The notes below the pieces were generated by a model that ran no database searches, was not told where the DNA came from, and was given only the letters and a program-made list of their open reading frames with translations. Source: Geosiphon pyriformis uo1 (Eukaryota; Fungi; Glomeromycota). From it: a DNA stretch of 64,000 bases. Every line of letters starts with the position of its first letter. Position 1 is the stretch's first letter. The stretch lies in NCBI GenBank assembly GCA_016748015.1, contig JAAOMT010000659.1, positions 809,222 through 873,221 on the forward strand, read 5' to 3'. The translations under genes were made by a program, and so were the position numbers. Shown here piece after piece: positions 52,502 through 64,000 of this stretch.

Positions 52502-55500
52502 TTAGATTTGTCTTATTCATAACAAACTGTCAGCATTTCTGTTGTCTTTTCCCTTTTTATAATGTATCATATAATTATATGGTGTGAGTGCCATTTTCCA
52601 TCTTGACTGTCTTCCATCTTCAAATTCTTGTTTTTGAAGTGATGTTAATTCTTTGTGATTTGTGTATACTTTAAACTTCTGGCTCAAGTATTTTTTCTAT
52701 TTCATAACTGCCCAGTATATTGCTAAGTGTTCTTGTTTTGGTGTTCCATAGTTCTTTTCGGCTGGTGTTAAACCTCTGCTGGCATATGCTATTGGATGTT
52801 CTCTGCCATCTGGTTCTCTCTGAGATAGTACTGCTCCCAATGCTTGGCCAGATGCATCGGTGGTGATGATGAATGGTTTGCTGTGATCTGGATAGATCAG
52901 TACTGGAGCTTGAATGAGCTTTCTTCTCAGAATATCAAAAGCTTCTTGTTGACTTTCCATTTATTCATATTTTGTATTCTTGGTTTGCAGTTGGTTGAGT
53001 GGCTGTGCTATCTTGGAAAAGTTCTTGATAAAATGTTGATAGTAGCTGGCAAATCCCAAGAATGATTTCAGTTCTGTCATATTGGTTGGTACTAGAAAGT
53101 TCTTTACTATCTTTATTTTCTCTGGATCTGTTTTGATGCTGTTTTTGCTGACTATGTGTCTCAAGAATTTTAATTCTATCTTGCCGAAGAAGCACTTTGT
53201 TGCATTCAACTTTAGTCCAGCTTTTCTTAGTCTTTCGAACATTTATTGAAAATGATGAAGATGATCATTAAACGTTTTTGAAAATATGTTGGTATTGTCC
53301 AAGTAGACAACTACTGATTTCCACAATAAGCCAGTATAAACAATTTCCATTAGTTGTTGGAAAGTGGCTGGAGCATTGGTTAAGCCAAATAGCATTACTT
53401 CAAATTCGAAATTTTTTTCTCTAGTGGTGAATGCTGTCTTCTCTTTGTCAGCTGAATTCATGGCTACTTGCCAATAACCACTATCCAAGTCTAATGTTGA
53501 GAACCATTTGTTTCTACTGAAAGCATCAAATAATTTTTGTATCTGTAGAGTTGGGTAGCTGTCTCCATGAGTTACACCATTTAGTTTCCTGTAGTCTACA
53601 CAAAATTGGATCTTTCCATTCTTCTTATGGACAAGTACTACTGATGATGACCATGGGCTCATTAATGGCTGAATTAACCCATTGTTCAACATTTGGTTGA
53701 TCTCTTGACAGATGATTTCATTGCTGGCTAGTGGCACTCTATATGCTCACTGTTTGATTAGCATTGCATCTCCAGTTTTGATTTGATGTTGGATGATGTC
53801 AGTTCTGCCAAATTCATTTTTGCTGGCAAAGATATCATTGAAATTGTTGAGTAACATCTTGAGCTACATATGTTGTAGTGGGTCTAGATTTCCCATGTTT
53901 ATTTGTTCTAATTGTTTTGATTGGAGCAAATAACATTCATCTCATCCATAGATTGTTTGTGATGTGATGTCGACATATCCACAAAGTTGTGAAAAATCTG
54001 GAATGGGGTTTGGTAGTTGATCCTCTATTTCAGTATTTAAGTATCCAATAATGATTCTAGCTGGTATTACTATGACATTTCCTGTGTTGTTGTAGATGAG
54101 GATTTTGATGTGACTGTAATCTTTGGCTGGTATATGGAGATTGATAAATCCAATCTCTCCTGATTTGTAAAGGGTTGGTTCTGTTTCAAAAATCTGATGC
54201 TGTTCTTTTTTCTTCTTTTCTATTGCTAGCATATATTGGTTATATGGTAGAATGGAAATAGCTTGACTGATTGAGATAATTTCTCTTTGGTTAACAATTT
54301 TTTTTTCTGCCATATTAACTGGTAGATCTATTCTACCCATTGACCCAAATCCTTGTATCCCTCTTGCTGTTATTCCTAACTCTTTCCTCTTTCCCACCTA
54401 TACTAACTGAGCTATTCTAACCAGAGACAGGAATATTGCTTGTGCTATCTTTTCATTGGGCTCCATTATATAGGCCTTTTCTGAGTCATTTTGTAGCATA
54501 GCAATGATATTTCCTACATATTCTGCATTAATTATTCCTCCTCTTATATTAATCTCTCTTTTTGCTAAACTACTCCTAAATGCTAATTGAACCATAGTTG
54601 TTGCTGGAATTTCTAGTGCTACTTTCAGATCAATGCAGGTGTATGAATGTGATTCCAATTTGATGGCCTCTTTTCCTGGATATCTCAGATTAAACCCAGC
54701 ATCAGTATCATGTGCACATTCAGGCCTGATACCCTCATCATTATCACTGAACCATTTTAGTTTCAATTCTCTGGTAAGATCAGGGATTGCGATATATTGT
54801 TCATATTTTGTATCGGAGTTTGAATCTGAGTTGGAATTAGTATCGTTGTTGTTGTCATATTAAACGGAGCTAGAACCATTGTTTTCATTGTTGTCATTGT
54901 CGGAGTTTGAATTAGGATTGAAAATCGATTCCAATTCTGATGTGCAGCTGCTGATTGGCTCTTCTTCTTCGGGGATCGTGTAGATCATACATGGTAGTGG
55001 ATTGTAAATGAGATCACAATCGTCACAATAGTCAAAGTCACTGGGAATTAAACAATAGCGACACAGTCTTGTATTCAACTGTGCTAGCCATTGTTTTTGC
55101 TTTTCTCTAGTGGGTGCCAAGTTTTAATAGTGTTCATAGAACTCTTCTGGTTCTAGGAAATTTATGACTGGCTCTGCATCCCAGTCAAGCTCGATGGGTT
55201 CTGGTGGGTTGTTTTTAATTACTCTGATTTCTTCTGGCGATGCGCCTTCAATTTTGGCACTTGCCATCCACCATAATTCATCGTCATTGTGTGGATAACT
55301 GTCTAATCTCTGTACAGCTCTTTTCCAAGCGGCTGCTATCAGTGTTCCTTTTCATACCCAGTCACTGATAAGGATTGTGTATTAACACGATACATCGCAC
55401 GTTTTTCTATGTCCAGGAATGTCGTTCCACATTTTTTTATCAAGAAGGGTCTCCCCACAAGCTAAGCATGGTTGGTTGTTCCATTTTCTTACACATTTTG

Positions 55501-58500
55501 GTCTTCCAAAGTGTTCAAGGATGCATGAGCGGCAATAAAACTTAGTTGTTATTAAATATTCCTCATTATTACTACAGCATGCACTGTTATAAGTGATTAC
55601 TTTTGCTGTTGAATTAATTAACAAATCTATAACTTGGTGCTCAAAAGCTACTTTTGTGGATAATGTTCTGTAAGTGTTGTATCTGAAGGTTTTGATGGAT
55701 CTGAAGATTTTGTTGTGGAGTCCTTTGTATAATAGACAGAGATTCAATAGTGTCAATAGTAGATGTATCTTTTCAAGAATTTTCCCAATTTCTTTCTTAG
55801 TGTGGTGGCTGGATTTAGTCTAATAGTCATGCCCTTCTGGTAAGCTATCTGATAATATATAAAATCCTACCCTTATTTCTGGGTCTTTTACCAGGCTATC
55901 CTTGACGTCAATAACTCAGTGCTTTAATCCTTAATCAATTAGTATACAACAACAAAATCAAAGAAAGAAAGAAAAATAAAATAAAGAAAATAAAATAAAG
56001 AGAAATAGAGAAAATAAGCCAAGGCAATTTGGTACATTAGTATCTTGTCAATAGTCATGATCAAGAGCTATTGTTCTAGCATGGTTAAGTATCAATTACT
56101 ATCAACATTTTATGTTGATAGTAAAGAGTAGGTGAGATATAGAATAATTATTTATTTGATGTTTGGAATTGGAATGTTGCTTAGATTAAATCTAAACAGA
56201 GAGGTCTGTCTTTTTAGCTTCTAATCCTACTGCTATATATACATAATTGAGATTTCTCAATTTCTCAATTCCTCAATTCTTTGTAACAGGAATTCTGAAA
56301 TTCCTGGAATTCTGCGATTCCTCATCGGAAAATCCTGAAATTTCTAGAATTCTATAATTTCTCTGAGAGGAATTCTGGAATTCCACATTTACTATGTCTA
56401 CCTTTGATTGGCTAATATCTACTGACTAATAATACTATGTTTCCTATATTCTATGGGTAACAGCGCCCATTGACAACAACTTCTTGCCACAATTGATGTA
56501 GACAAGCTTAGGTCGACAATAGTTAGATCATTGTAGTATAGTGTAGGTATTATATGTGATGGTGGTTTGGGTGGTCTCTTCTTCTCTTTCTTTCCCTTTT
56601 CTTTTATCTTCTTTGTTTTCTTTCCATTCCCAGCTGGAAGTTGGTTTGCTCTTGTCATTGTCGGTCTATGTCAGATTATTAGTTTCCCAGGTAAGTTCTT
56701 CTTTCTGTTTTCCTTTCTTGTCATCATCTCAAATGAGTATTGGCAGTAGTTTGTTGTGGTCGACGTCAGTCCATGACATTTGGTACACTTCCCAGGTAGG
56801 CTTTGGCTTCTTTTCCTTGAAGTCAATTAGTGGTGCCATGGTGTTGGTTGCCTTGAAGTGGCCACATGTGGCTGGTACTCATGTGTGTTGTCCGTTCTGA
56901 CTGAGCTGGAGTTTTTGTGTGGTCCAGTTGAGCACAGCATTGGTTTTAACTAACCAATCATTACTAACTAGTGCTTAGTACTAAGTTGCTTCCATCACCA
57001 AGACCTTAATGGGGATAATGATACCATTGACTTCAATTAAGAAGTCATCGATTTCGCCAATAGGCATTTTTGTGGTGCCATCTGCAGTAATAATTCTAGT
57101 GCTGGCAGCCCAGTCAACTCGGTGATCTAATTGATTCATGAGTTGCTTGGTGATGATGCTGCCTGCTGAACTGCTATTAAAGATGAGTTTAATAAAGTGT
57201 CTATCTACTTTTACATTAGTGTACATTGCTGTAATGGGTTTTTCTTTGAGAGCGGCTCCACTGAATAATGGTAATTGGAATGGTTCCTCAAGTTTAAAAG
57301 GGAAAATAGCTGCTAAGGATTCATTGTTGGTGACAGTGGCTGGAGGTATGTTGCTGGGAAGTGTTGCTTGTTGGTTGGTTTCTGAAGTATTGAAAGTAGT
57401 GTCTTCTGGAGTAATCAGAAGACTTAAATAGTTCTGAAAATTCGGGTTTTGGGTGGCACTGGTACCCGAATTCCAAGAACACGATCCTGATGGTGAGTTA
57501 GAAGAACTGGGGATCAGTTGGTGGACAACCATCGCCGATCTCCAGTTTTGTGTGATTCTAAGTCTGGAGTGGCCTGATGTCATATTAACTGAATTTTGGG
57601 GCAATGTCTGAATGGATTGGAGTTGATAAATTACTTGAGGCCACAACTGATAAATGACTGGTAGTTGTGGTTGATAAATTTTTGGTGGCTGCAGCTGATA
57701 AATTGGAGGTTGATATACTGGTGGTTGATAGATTGGCTGCTGCATCATGGGCAGATAAGTGGTTTGATATTGGTCTTGATTTAGGTAGTGATTCTGAGTT
57801 TGAAATCTGTAATCGGGGTTTTGATATTGGTTTCCTGATCTTGGATTGTTGCTATAAAATTTACAATCTGCTCTTATGTGTTCTTGTTTATCACAATTGT
57901 GGCAAACATGCGTTTTTGGCTGCCATAACTGATTAGGCACTGCTGATGATAATGATGAACACGACTGATTTTGGAAATGATTCGTGTTTCCTGGATTATT
58001 ACATTGTTGTGGTGGTTGATAAATGGCGCAATTGTTAGCTAAGTATTCCTCTAATTTCTGATTAATTGAATTACTAAATTGTTTCAATTTGGAATCCAAT
58101 TCAGATGACCCATTCATTACTAGGTTTACTGCTTGAATGTGGTTGGCTTTTAACTCAGCTGCTTCAAAATCTCTGGCATGTATAACTGTGGTAGGGAGGT
58201 CAACTGGATGCATTGGGCATACTCGCTGAAAAAGATTACTGTGCAAACCTCTAATAAATTGGTTCAAGATCTGTGGTGCTGTAAAATAGTCATCTTGGAT
58301 TGCCTGAATTTGGCACAGATTTCTATGAAAGCATTCCAAGTAAGTAGTAACTGCTTCTGTGTCTCCTTGTTTGATGGTGGTAAAAGTACTTGCCAAGTGG
58401 TTGATGCTGTTGTTATTACTAAAATACCTCAAAAATTCTAACTTGAAGGCATTAAAGTTTTGAGATTTCTGGGCTAGACTGTGATACCAGGAGTCTGCCG

Positions 58501-59620
58501 TGTTTTTGAGAAAATAGGGGATGACTTGCATAGTTCTGGTGTCATCCCAGTTATTGGCGGTAATTGCTTTGGTGACATTGTTGATCTAAGCTTGAGCATC
58601 GTCCTTTTCACCAGTAAAATGGTCAAGTTTTGTGATTGGTGTATAAGCCATTGAATCTAAGTTGGGTTGTTGTGGTGGCTGTTGAAGCAGTTATTGTTGT
58701 ACTGGTTGTTGGGGTGGTGAGATGAGTTGTTAAAGTAATCTTTGAAGAAGATTCAGTGGCTGTTTGATGACAATTACCGGAGATAAGTTTTGCTGATTAA
58801 TTAATTCGAAGTTTGGATTGTTCTGCCTTTGATGATTTAAAGTTTTGATTTCTGAATTTTTCAGATTTAGATTTTGCTGAGCTTGAAGATTCAGGGTTTC
58901 AACTTCCGGGTTTTCAGTGATTGGGTTTTGATAAGTAAATTCTTGATCTTCTGATTTTTCTTCCTCTTCTTCAGATAGTTTCCATGGGGTAGTGGTTCCA
59001 AAGTTCAGTTGAGGCAGCAGTGATCGAATTCCTGATGGGATTGGTGATCGTGATTTAAATTTTTCAAAATACTTGCCATATGGTCCTAATAGATCTGTTT
59101 TTCTTTGTTTACTTTAGAATGAGAATTGTCCAAATGTTGATATTGCATTTGATGTGGACACACTTGCTGATGTTATATTGATGGCGCTTCCCAGTGTGTA
59201 GTAATAGGATGGGGTGGTTGGTGATTCAACTCTTGTTTTCTTCCAAGTGGGTGGTTGTATCTTTTTGGGTGTTACCGCTGGTATTTGTAGTTTTTCTTTT
59301 CCTTTACTGGTATAAGTAATTAGATATCTTTGTTAGGTGTGATGTTTAATTTCTTTGTTGATCTCAGTAATGATAGAGGCAAAATTGTGATTTGTTGGCA
59401 GATTGGTATTTTGAATTAATTCTCTGTAGAAAGTTTCCCTGGCTGATTTAGTATTCACTAGTGTTCCTAATAAAGAGGAAATTTTTTCATTGATGTAGAA
59501 ATTAAAGACTGATTCGGCAGATATATGATTGTGACTTAATCCCAAGTGTTGACAATAGTGTTAAAATAGGGATTTCGCGAATCCTAAATGGTTTGCTCCT
59601 ATGTTTTCTGATTCTGCCAC
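52502..59620 (-). pseudogene. C ORF1: Gag-PR-Cys-rich insert-dUTPase-RT-RH (interrupted by solo LTR E)
   Basis: Single frame; CHNCDKQEHIRADC, KLIFNSSSAG, DAGFNLRYP...RSSLAK...GIQGFGSMG, YLDNT, TDASGQALGAVL. Confidence 0.9.
55585..56462 (-). mobile_element. Solo LTR E (878 bp), related to the A/B/C LTRs
   Basis: TGTTA...TAACA termini; flanks GCAC (55581-55584) and GCGC (56463-56466); splits the codons MGA|C of C pol. Confidence 0.9.
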
Positions 59621-59664
59621 TTTTGGTTTGTGTTTGTTGGTGCTGGTTCTTTGTAAAATTATAT

Positions 59665-59680
59665 CTCACAGGGAGCACCA
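59665..59680 (-). promoter_or_regulatory. Primer-binding site of C
   Basis: Minus strand reads TAACA-TT-TGGTGCTCCCTGTGAG. Confidence 0.75.
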
Positions 59681-61157
59681 AATGTTACAGGTGACAATTT
59701 CTGGTGTTGAATTAAACACAAACCTGTAACTTGGTGCTCAAAGCAATGATCTGAAGGTTTTGTATCTGAAGAGTTTGGTTAAGTTCTTTGTATAATGGAC
59801 AGAGATTCAATAGTAATAGTTTCCTCCGTAGCTTCCCGAAACCGCAGTTTTGTCAATTTCTTTCTTAGCTTGATGGCCAGTATTCCTCCTGGTAAGCTAT
59901 CCTCAATCAAGTATTCTACTCTTATTTCTGGGTCTTTTACCAGTCATGTTTATCTTGACATCAGTGCCCCACGCATTAATCCTCAATAGAGTTAGTAAAC
60001 AACAACAAAATCAAAGCAAGAAAATAAAGAAAAAAAAAAATAAAGAAAAAAAAAAAATAAACCAAGGCGATTTGCAAGTTAGTATCTTGTTAATAGTCAT
60101 GATCAAGAGCTATTGTTCTAGCATGGTTAAGTATCAATTACTATTAACATAAAGTGTTGATAATGGAGAGTGGATTGAGATATAAAATAATTATTTATTT
60201 GATGATTGTGATTTGGAGAATGGCTTAAATTAAATCTAAACTGAGAGGTCTGTCTTTTCAGCTTCTAATCCTGCTGCTATATATACATAATTGAGATTCC
60301 TTAATTCCTCGATTCTTTACAACAAGAATCCTGGAATTTTTAGAATCCTGCAATTTCTTTGAGAAGAATTCTGGAATTCTGGAATTCTGCAATTCCTGAG
60401 AGAAATCCTGGAATTCCACATTTACTATGCCTACTTCTGATTGGCTAATAATCATGCTAATATATTTCTTATATTTCTATGAGTAACAGCGTAATGGCCA
60501 GCAATCCTCTGGTAAGTATTCCATATCTTCTGTACATGTTCTATCCTCTTGCAGGGGTCTTTTACCAGACAATCCTTGACATCAGTAATCTAGTACTTTA
60601 TTTAACCAATTAGTGCACAACAATAAAATCAAAATAAAATAAAATAAAGAAAAAAATAAAAGAAAATCATGAATAAGCCAAGGCGATTTTGCAAATCACT
60701 ATTCCATCAATAGCCGTGATCAAGAGCTATTGTTCTAGTGTGTTTAAGTATCAATTATTATCAACATGGAGTGTTGATAGTGGAATTAGGTTTGAGATAC
60801 CAAATAGTTATTTATTGTATTTGGAAGGTTTTCTAGATAAAATCTAAACTTAGAGATCTGTTTTTTTAGTTTTTAATCCTACTGCTATATATTCATAATT
60901 AAGATTCCTCAATTCTTCAATTCTTCACAACAGGAATCCTGGGATTCCTGAAATTCTGCAATTCCTTTGAGAGGAATTCTGGAATTCTGGAATTCTAGAA
61001 TCCTGCAATTTCTTGTGAGAATCCTGTAATTTTTGAAATCTGCAATTCCTGAGAAAAATCTTGGAATTCTACATTTTACTATGTCTATTTCTGATTGGTT
61101 AATAACTATGCTAATATATATTCCCTATATTTTTATAAGTAACATTATTCTCTTCTT

Positions 61158-61787
61158 TTAATATTGAGCTCCATCGAAATTTAACTCTGTTAATTCCCCT
61201 TCTTGAAGTATTTCTTGAATTTCATTTTCAAGAATTACTTGTGTTATTTGAGTCTGTAATTCTTTAAATTGAGCATTGGTGATCTTTCTTAATTGATTAC
61301 TGGTAACTGTATCCATTGCTTTGTCCAGTAGGATTTCTGGTCAATCTTGAAATGCTGTGTGTATTCGGTATATGGCTTGGGCCTGTGTGGATAAGTTGTT
61401 CTTTCCCACAAAATGTTCTAATTGTTGTAGTATTTTTGTGTCAAATAATCACTTTGTTTTATCTATATATAAATTTTGGATATTCACATGTTGTCCCAAG
61501 TAAAAATAACAATAGTTTCTTGGAAATTGTTGTATTCACCAATTCCAAGTTTTTTTAGTCAACTCTTGGTATAGTGACTCTTTTGTCGACTCTTTTATTG
61601 CTAATTTTACTTTCACCATGATTTTGTCAATGGTATTTTCTGTTTTTTTCTGTGTTTTATGTGGTGATGTCTTTCTAGTGTCTTAATATCAGATGGTTTG
61701 TTGATTAATTGTAATTTCCATCTCTTGGTATTGAATCAATTGAAAAAGTTGTTGTGCTAGTGAGTGGATGTTGTCTGTAATTTCCAT
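61158..61787 (-). pseudogene. B ORF3 (210 codons, no frameshift)
   Basis: Same length as C ORF3; in the C-terminal half compared, its stops fall at different codons. Confidence 0.8.
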
Positions 61788-61845
61788 TTTTCTGATATTT
61801 CTTGTCACATCAGCCATGTCTTTATATACTCTTTTGTTGATTAAT

Positions 61846-63211
61846 TTACGTGTTGTTGTTGATGATAATGATTGGTTTCAGATCTCATGAAATCTCTTCT
61901 GATTGGACTAGTATCTTCTGTACTCCTAATTGTGGAATATTACTGGTGGATGGTGGTGTGATGTTGTGGTATGGTTTCAGTCAATCTTCATGTGCTGCTT
62001 TGGTTAAGATTTTGTTATTCAATCTTAATTTGTAAGCTCCATTTCTTAGAATTTCTTCTATGTGAAATGGTCCATCCCATTTGAGGTCAAATTTTCTACT
62101 TTATTGTTTTTCTGCTTTGGTATGATGTAAGAGTACTTTGTCTCCAATCTTGAATTCAACTGGTTTGTCTGGTAGTTGATTATCATGTCTTTCTTTCTGT
62201 TTTTCTTGTGACTTTTGTATGTTATCAGCTGCTCTTTTTTATTTGTTTTCCAATGTTTCTATTAAGTCATATGTTCTTCTTAACAATATCTCTTGGAAAT
62301 TCTCTTTTGTTATTAATTTAGTTGGATATGTGTTAATCTCTATCTCAACTGGTAATATTGCTGTTTTACCGTATATTAATTCAAATGGTGTTGCTTGTGT
62401 GGTGTTTTGCTTTATTATCCGATAAGCAAATAATACTGATGGTATAAACAAATCTCATTTGTCCTGGTTTTCTTGGCTGAGTTTCACTATTGCTTCACAC
62501 AATATTTTATTAAATCTTTCAACTAATCTATTGGTATGGTGATGATAATGGTCTTTTAATTCCGAATCTTTGGCTCAATTCTGCTAATGTTTGGTTCACA
62601 AAATGGGTCTCTTGGTCTGATAATAGTTCTCTTGGACATCTATGTCGACAAATCAGATCTTGATGAACAAATTTGACAACGGATTCTGTATCTGCTCTTT
62701 GTATTGCTTTTGCTTCTGGCCATTTAGTAAGATAGTTTATGGCTACTGCAATGTATCTATTTCCTCTGCTGGTGATTATTAATGGTCTGACTAAGTCAAT
62801 TCTAATGTGATCAAATAATTGTCCCACTTTGATTGGTCTTAACAGTTTACTTGGTCTGGTTCCTCTTCTTTTCTGACAAGCATCACAATTTTGAACATAT
62901 TAAATAATGTCTGGATACATTGATGGCCAATAATATTTTTTTCTGGTTCTTTCTATGGTTGTTTTTTTGTGAAAATGCCCTACTATTGGATTTGAATGCA
63001 TGTTGAATAATATTGTTTCTTTTTCTGGTTCTATAATTACTCTGGTTGGTTGATCTGGATCTTTTCTATTCTTCCGATAAAGTATATTTTAGTAGGTAAT
63101 AAAATATTTTAATTGTTGTTTGATACTATTTTGTTCCATTTGAGATAATTTCTCCTTAAACTATTGAGTATCTATATAATGCTTGAGTTGTTAATATTTT
63201 TGTGAGTTTAT
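61846..63211 (-). pseudogene. B ORF2: stand-alone integrase (start mutated ATG>ATA, one frameshift)
   Basis: Begins 61 nt after the pol stop (63273-63275), out of frame; IDLVRPL...YLTKWPEA. Confidence 0.85.
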
Positions 63212-64000
63212 CTTTTGTTATGTTGTTGTTGGATGTAGTTTGGTTTTGCTATATTTTTTTGAATTGGAATGTTTAGATTTGTCTCATTTGTAACAAACTG
63301 TCAGCATTTCCATTGTCTTTTCTCTTTTTATAATATATAGTATAATTATATGGTGTAAGTGCCATTTTCTATCTTAACTGTCTTCCATCTCCAAATTCTT
63401 GTTTTTGGAGTGATGTTAATCTTTTGTGATCTGTGTACACTTCAAACTTCTGGCTCAAGTATTTTTTTCATTTTATGACTGCCCAGTATATCGCTAAGTG
63501 TTCTTGTTTCAGTGTTTCATAGTTCTTTTCGACTGGTGTTAAGCCTCGGCTGGCAAATGCTACTGGATGTTCTCTTCCATTCGGTCCTCTCTGAGATAGT
63601 ACTGCTTCCAATGCTTAACCTAATACATCAGTAGTAATAATGAATGGTTTGTTGTAATCTGGATAGATCAATACTGGCATTTGAATGAGCTTTTCTCTTA
63701 AAATATTAAAAGCTTTTTGTTGTGTTTTCGTCCATTCATATTTCATGTTCTTGGTTTGTAGATGGTTGAGTGGCTGAGCTATTTTAGAAAAGTTTTTGAT
63801 GAAGTGACAATAATAGCTTGCAAATCCCAAGAATGATTTTAGTTTGGTCACATTGGTTGGTACTGGAAAGTTCTTTACTATTTCTATCTTGTCTGGGTCT
63901 GTCTTGATATCTTCTTTACTGACTATATGTTTCAGAAACTTCAGTTTTGTTTTGCCAAAGAAGCATTTGGTAGCATTTAGCTTTAACTCTGCTCATCGTA

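Larger units (their letters stand above)
39309..60488 (-). mobile_element. LTR element C, full-length (5' LTR 59683-60488; 3' LTR 39309-39600 + 49824-50391); hosts D and E
   Basis: TSD GCGT at 39305-39308 and 60489-60492; PBS 59665-59680; PPT 50392-50407; gag-pol, IN and ORF3 remnants. Confidence 0.93.
39105..64000 (-). mobile_element. LTR element B (3' LTR split as 39105-39308 + 60489-61144; ORF3, IN, RH and RT continue past the window end)
   Basis: The two LTR halves rejoin colinearly with LTR A; PPT 61145-61160; integrase and RH fragments 61846-64000. Confidence 0.9.

Overview
Fungal nuclear DNA (short GT-AG introns). The gene content and repeat style suggest an early-diverging Mucoromycota/Glomeromycotina fungus, which is inference. 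1-22.5 kb is a compact block of 11 intron-containing housekeeping genes: GYP7-like TBC GAP (5' partial), HOM6, Bni4/Phactr-like PP1 regulator, NMA111, ATP15 (absent from the ORF track), CWC24, a Gemin7-like gene (only half in the track), UFD1, IST1, VPS20 and HIS2. After an AT-rich boundary, 23.6-64 kb is all decayed retroelements: two tail-to-tail RNase H-bearing LINEs, an AT-eroded gag relic, and a nest of Ty3/gypsy-type LTR elements (relic > A > B > C > D, plus solo LTR E inside C). The LTR family has an unusual architecture, reconstructable from 4 copies. It has one Gag-PR-zinc finger insert-dUTPase-RT-RH frame with no AUG upstream of its conserved N-terminus, a separately encoded Ginger1-like integrase ORF, and a third ~210-aa non-Env ORF ending in the PPT. 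It also makes 4-bp target duplications centred on CpG and carries a U5 'anti-PBS' hairpin. The copies are inactivated mainly by C>T/G>A transitions (CpG and CpC contexts) with few indels. All calls are from manual reading; no searches were run.
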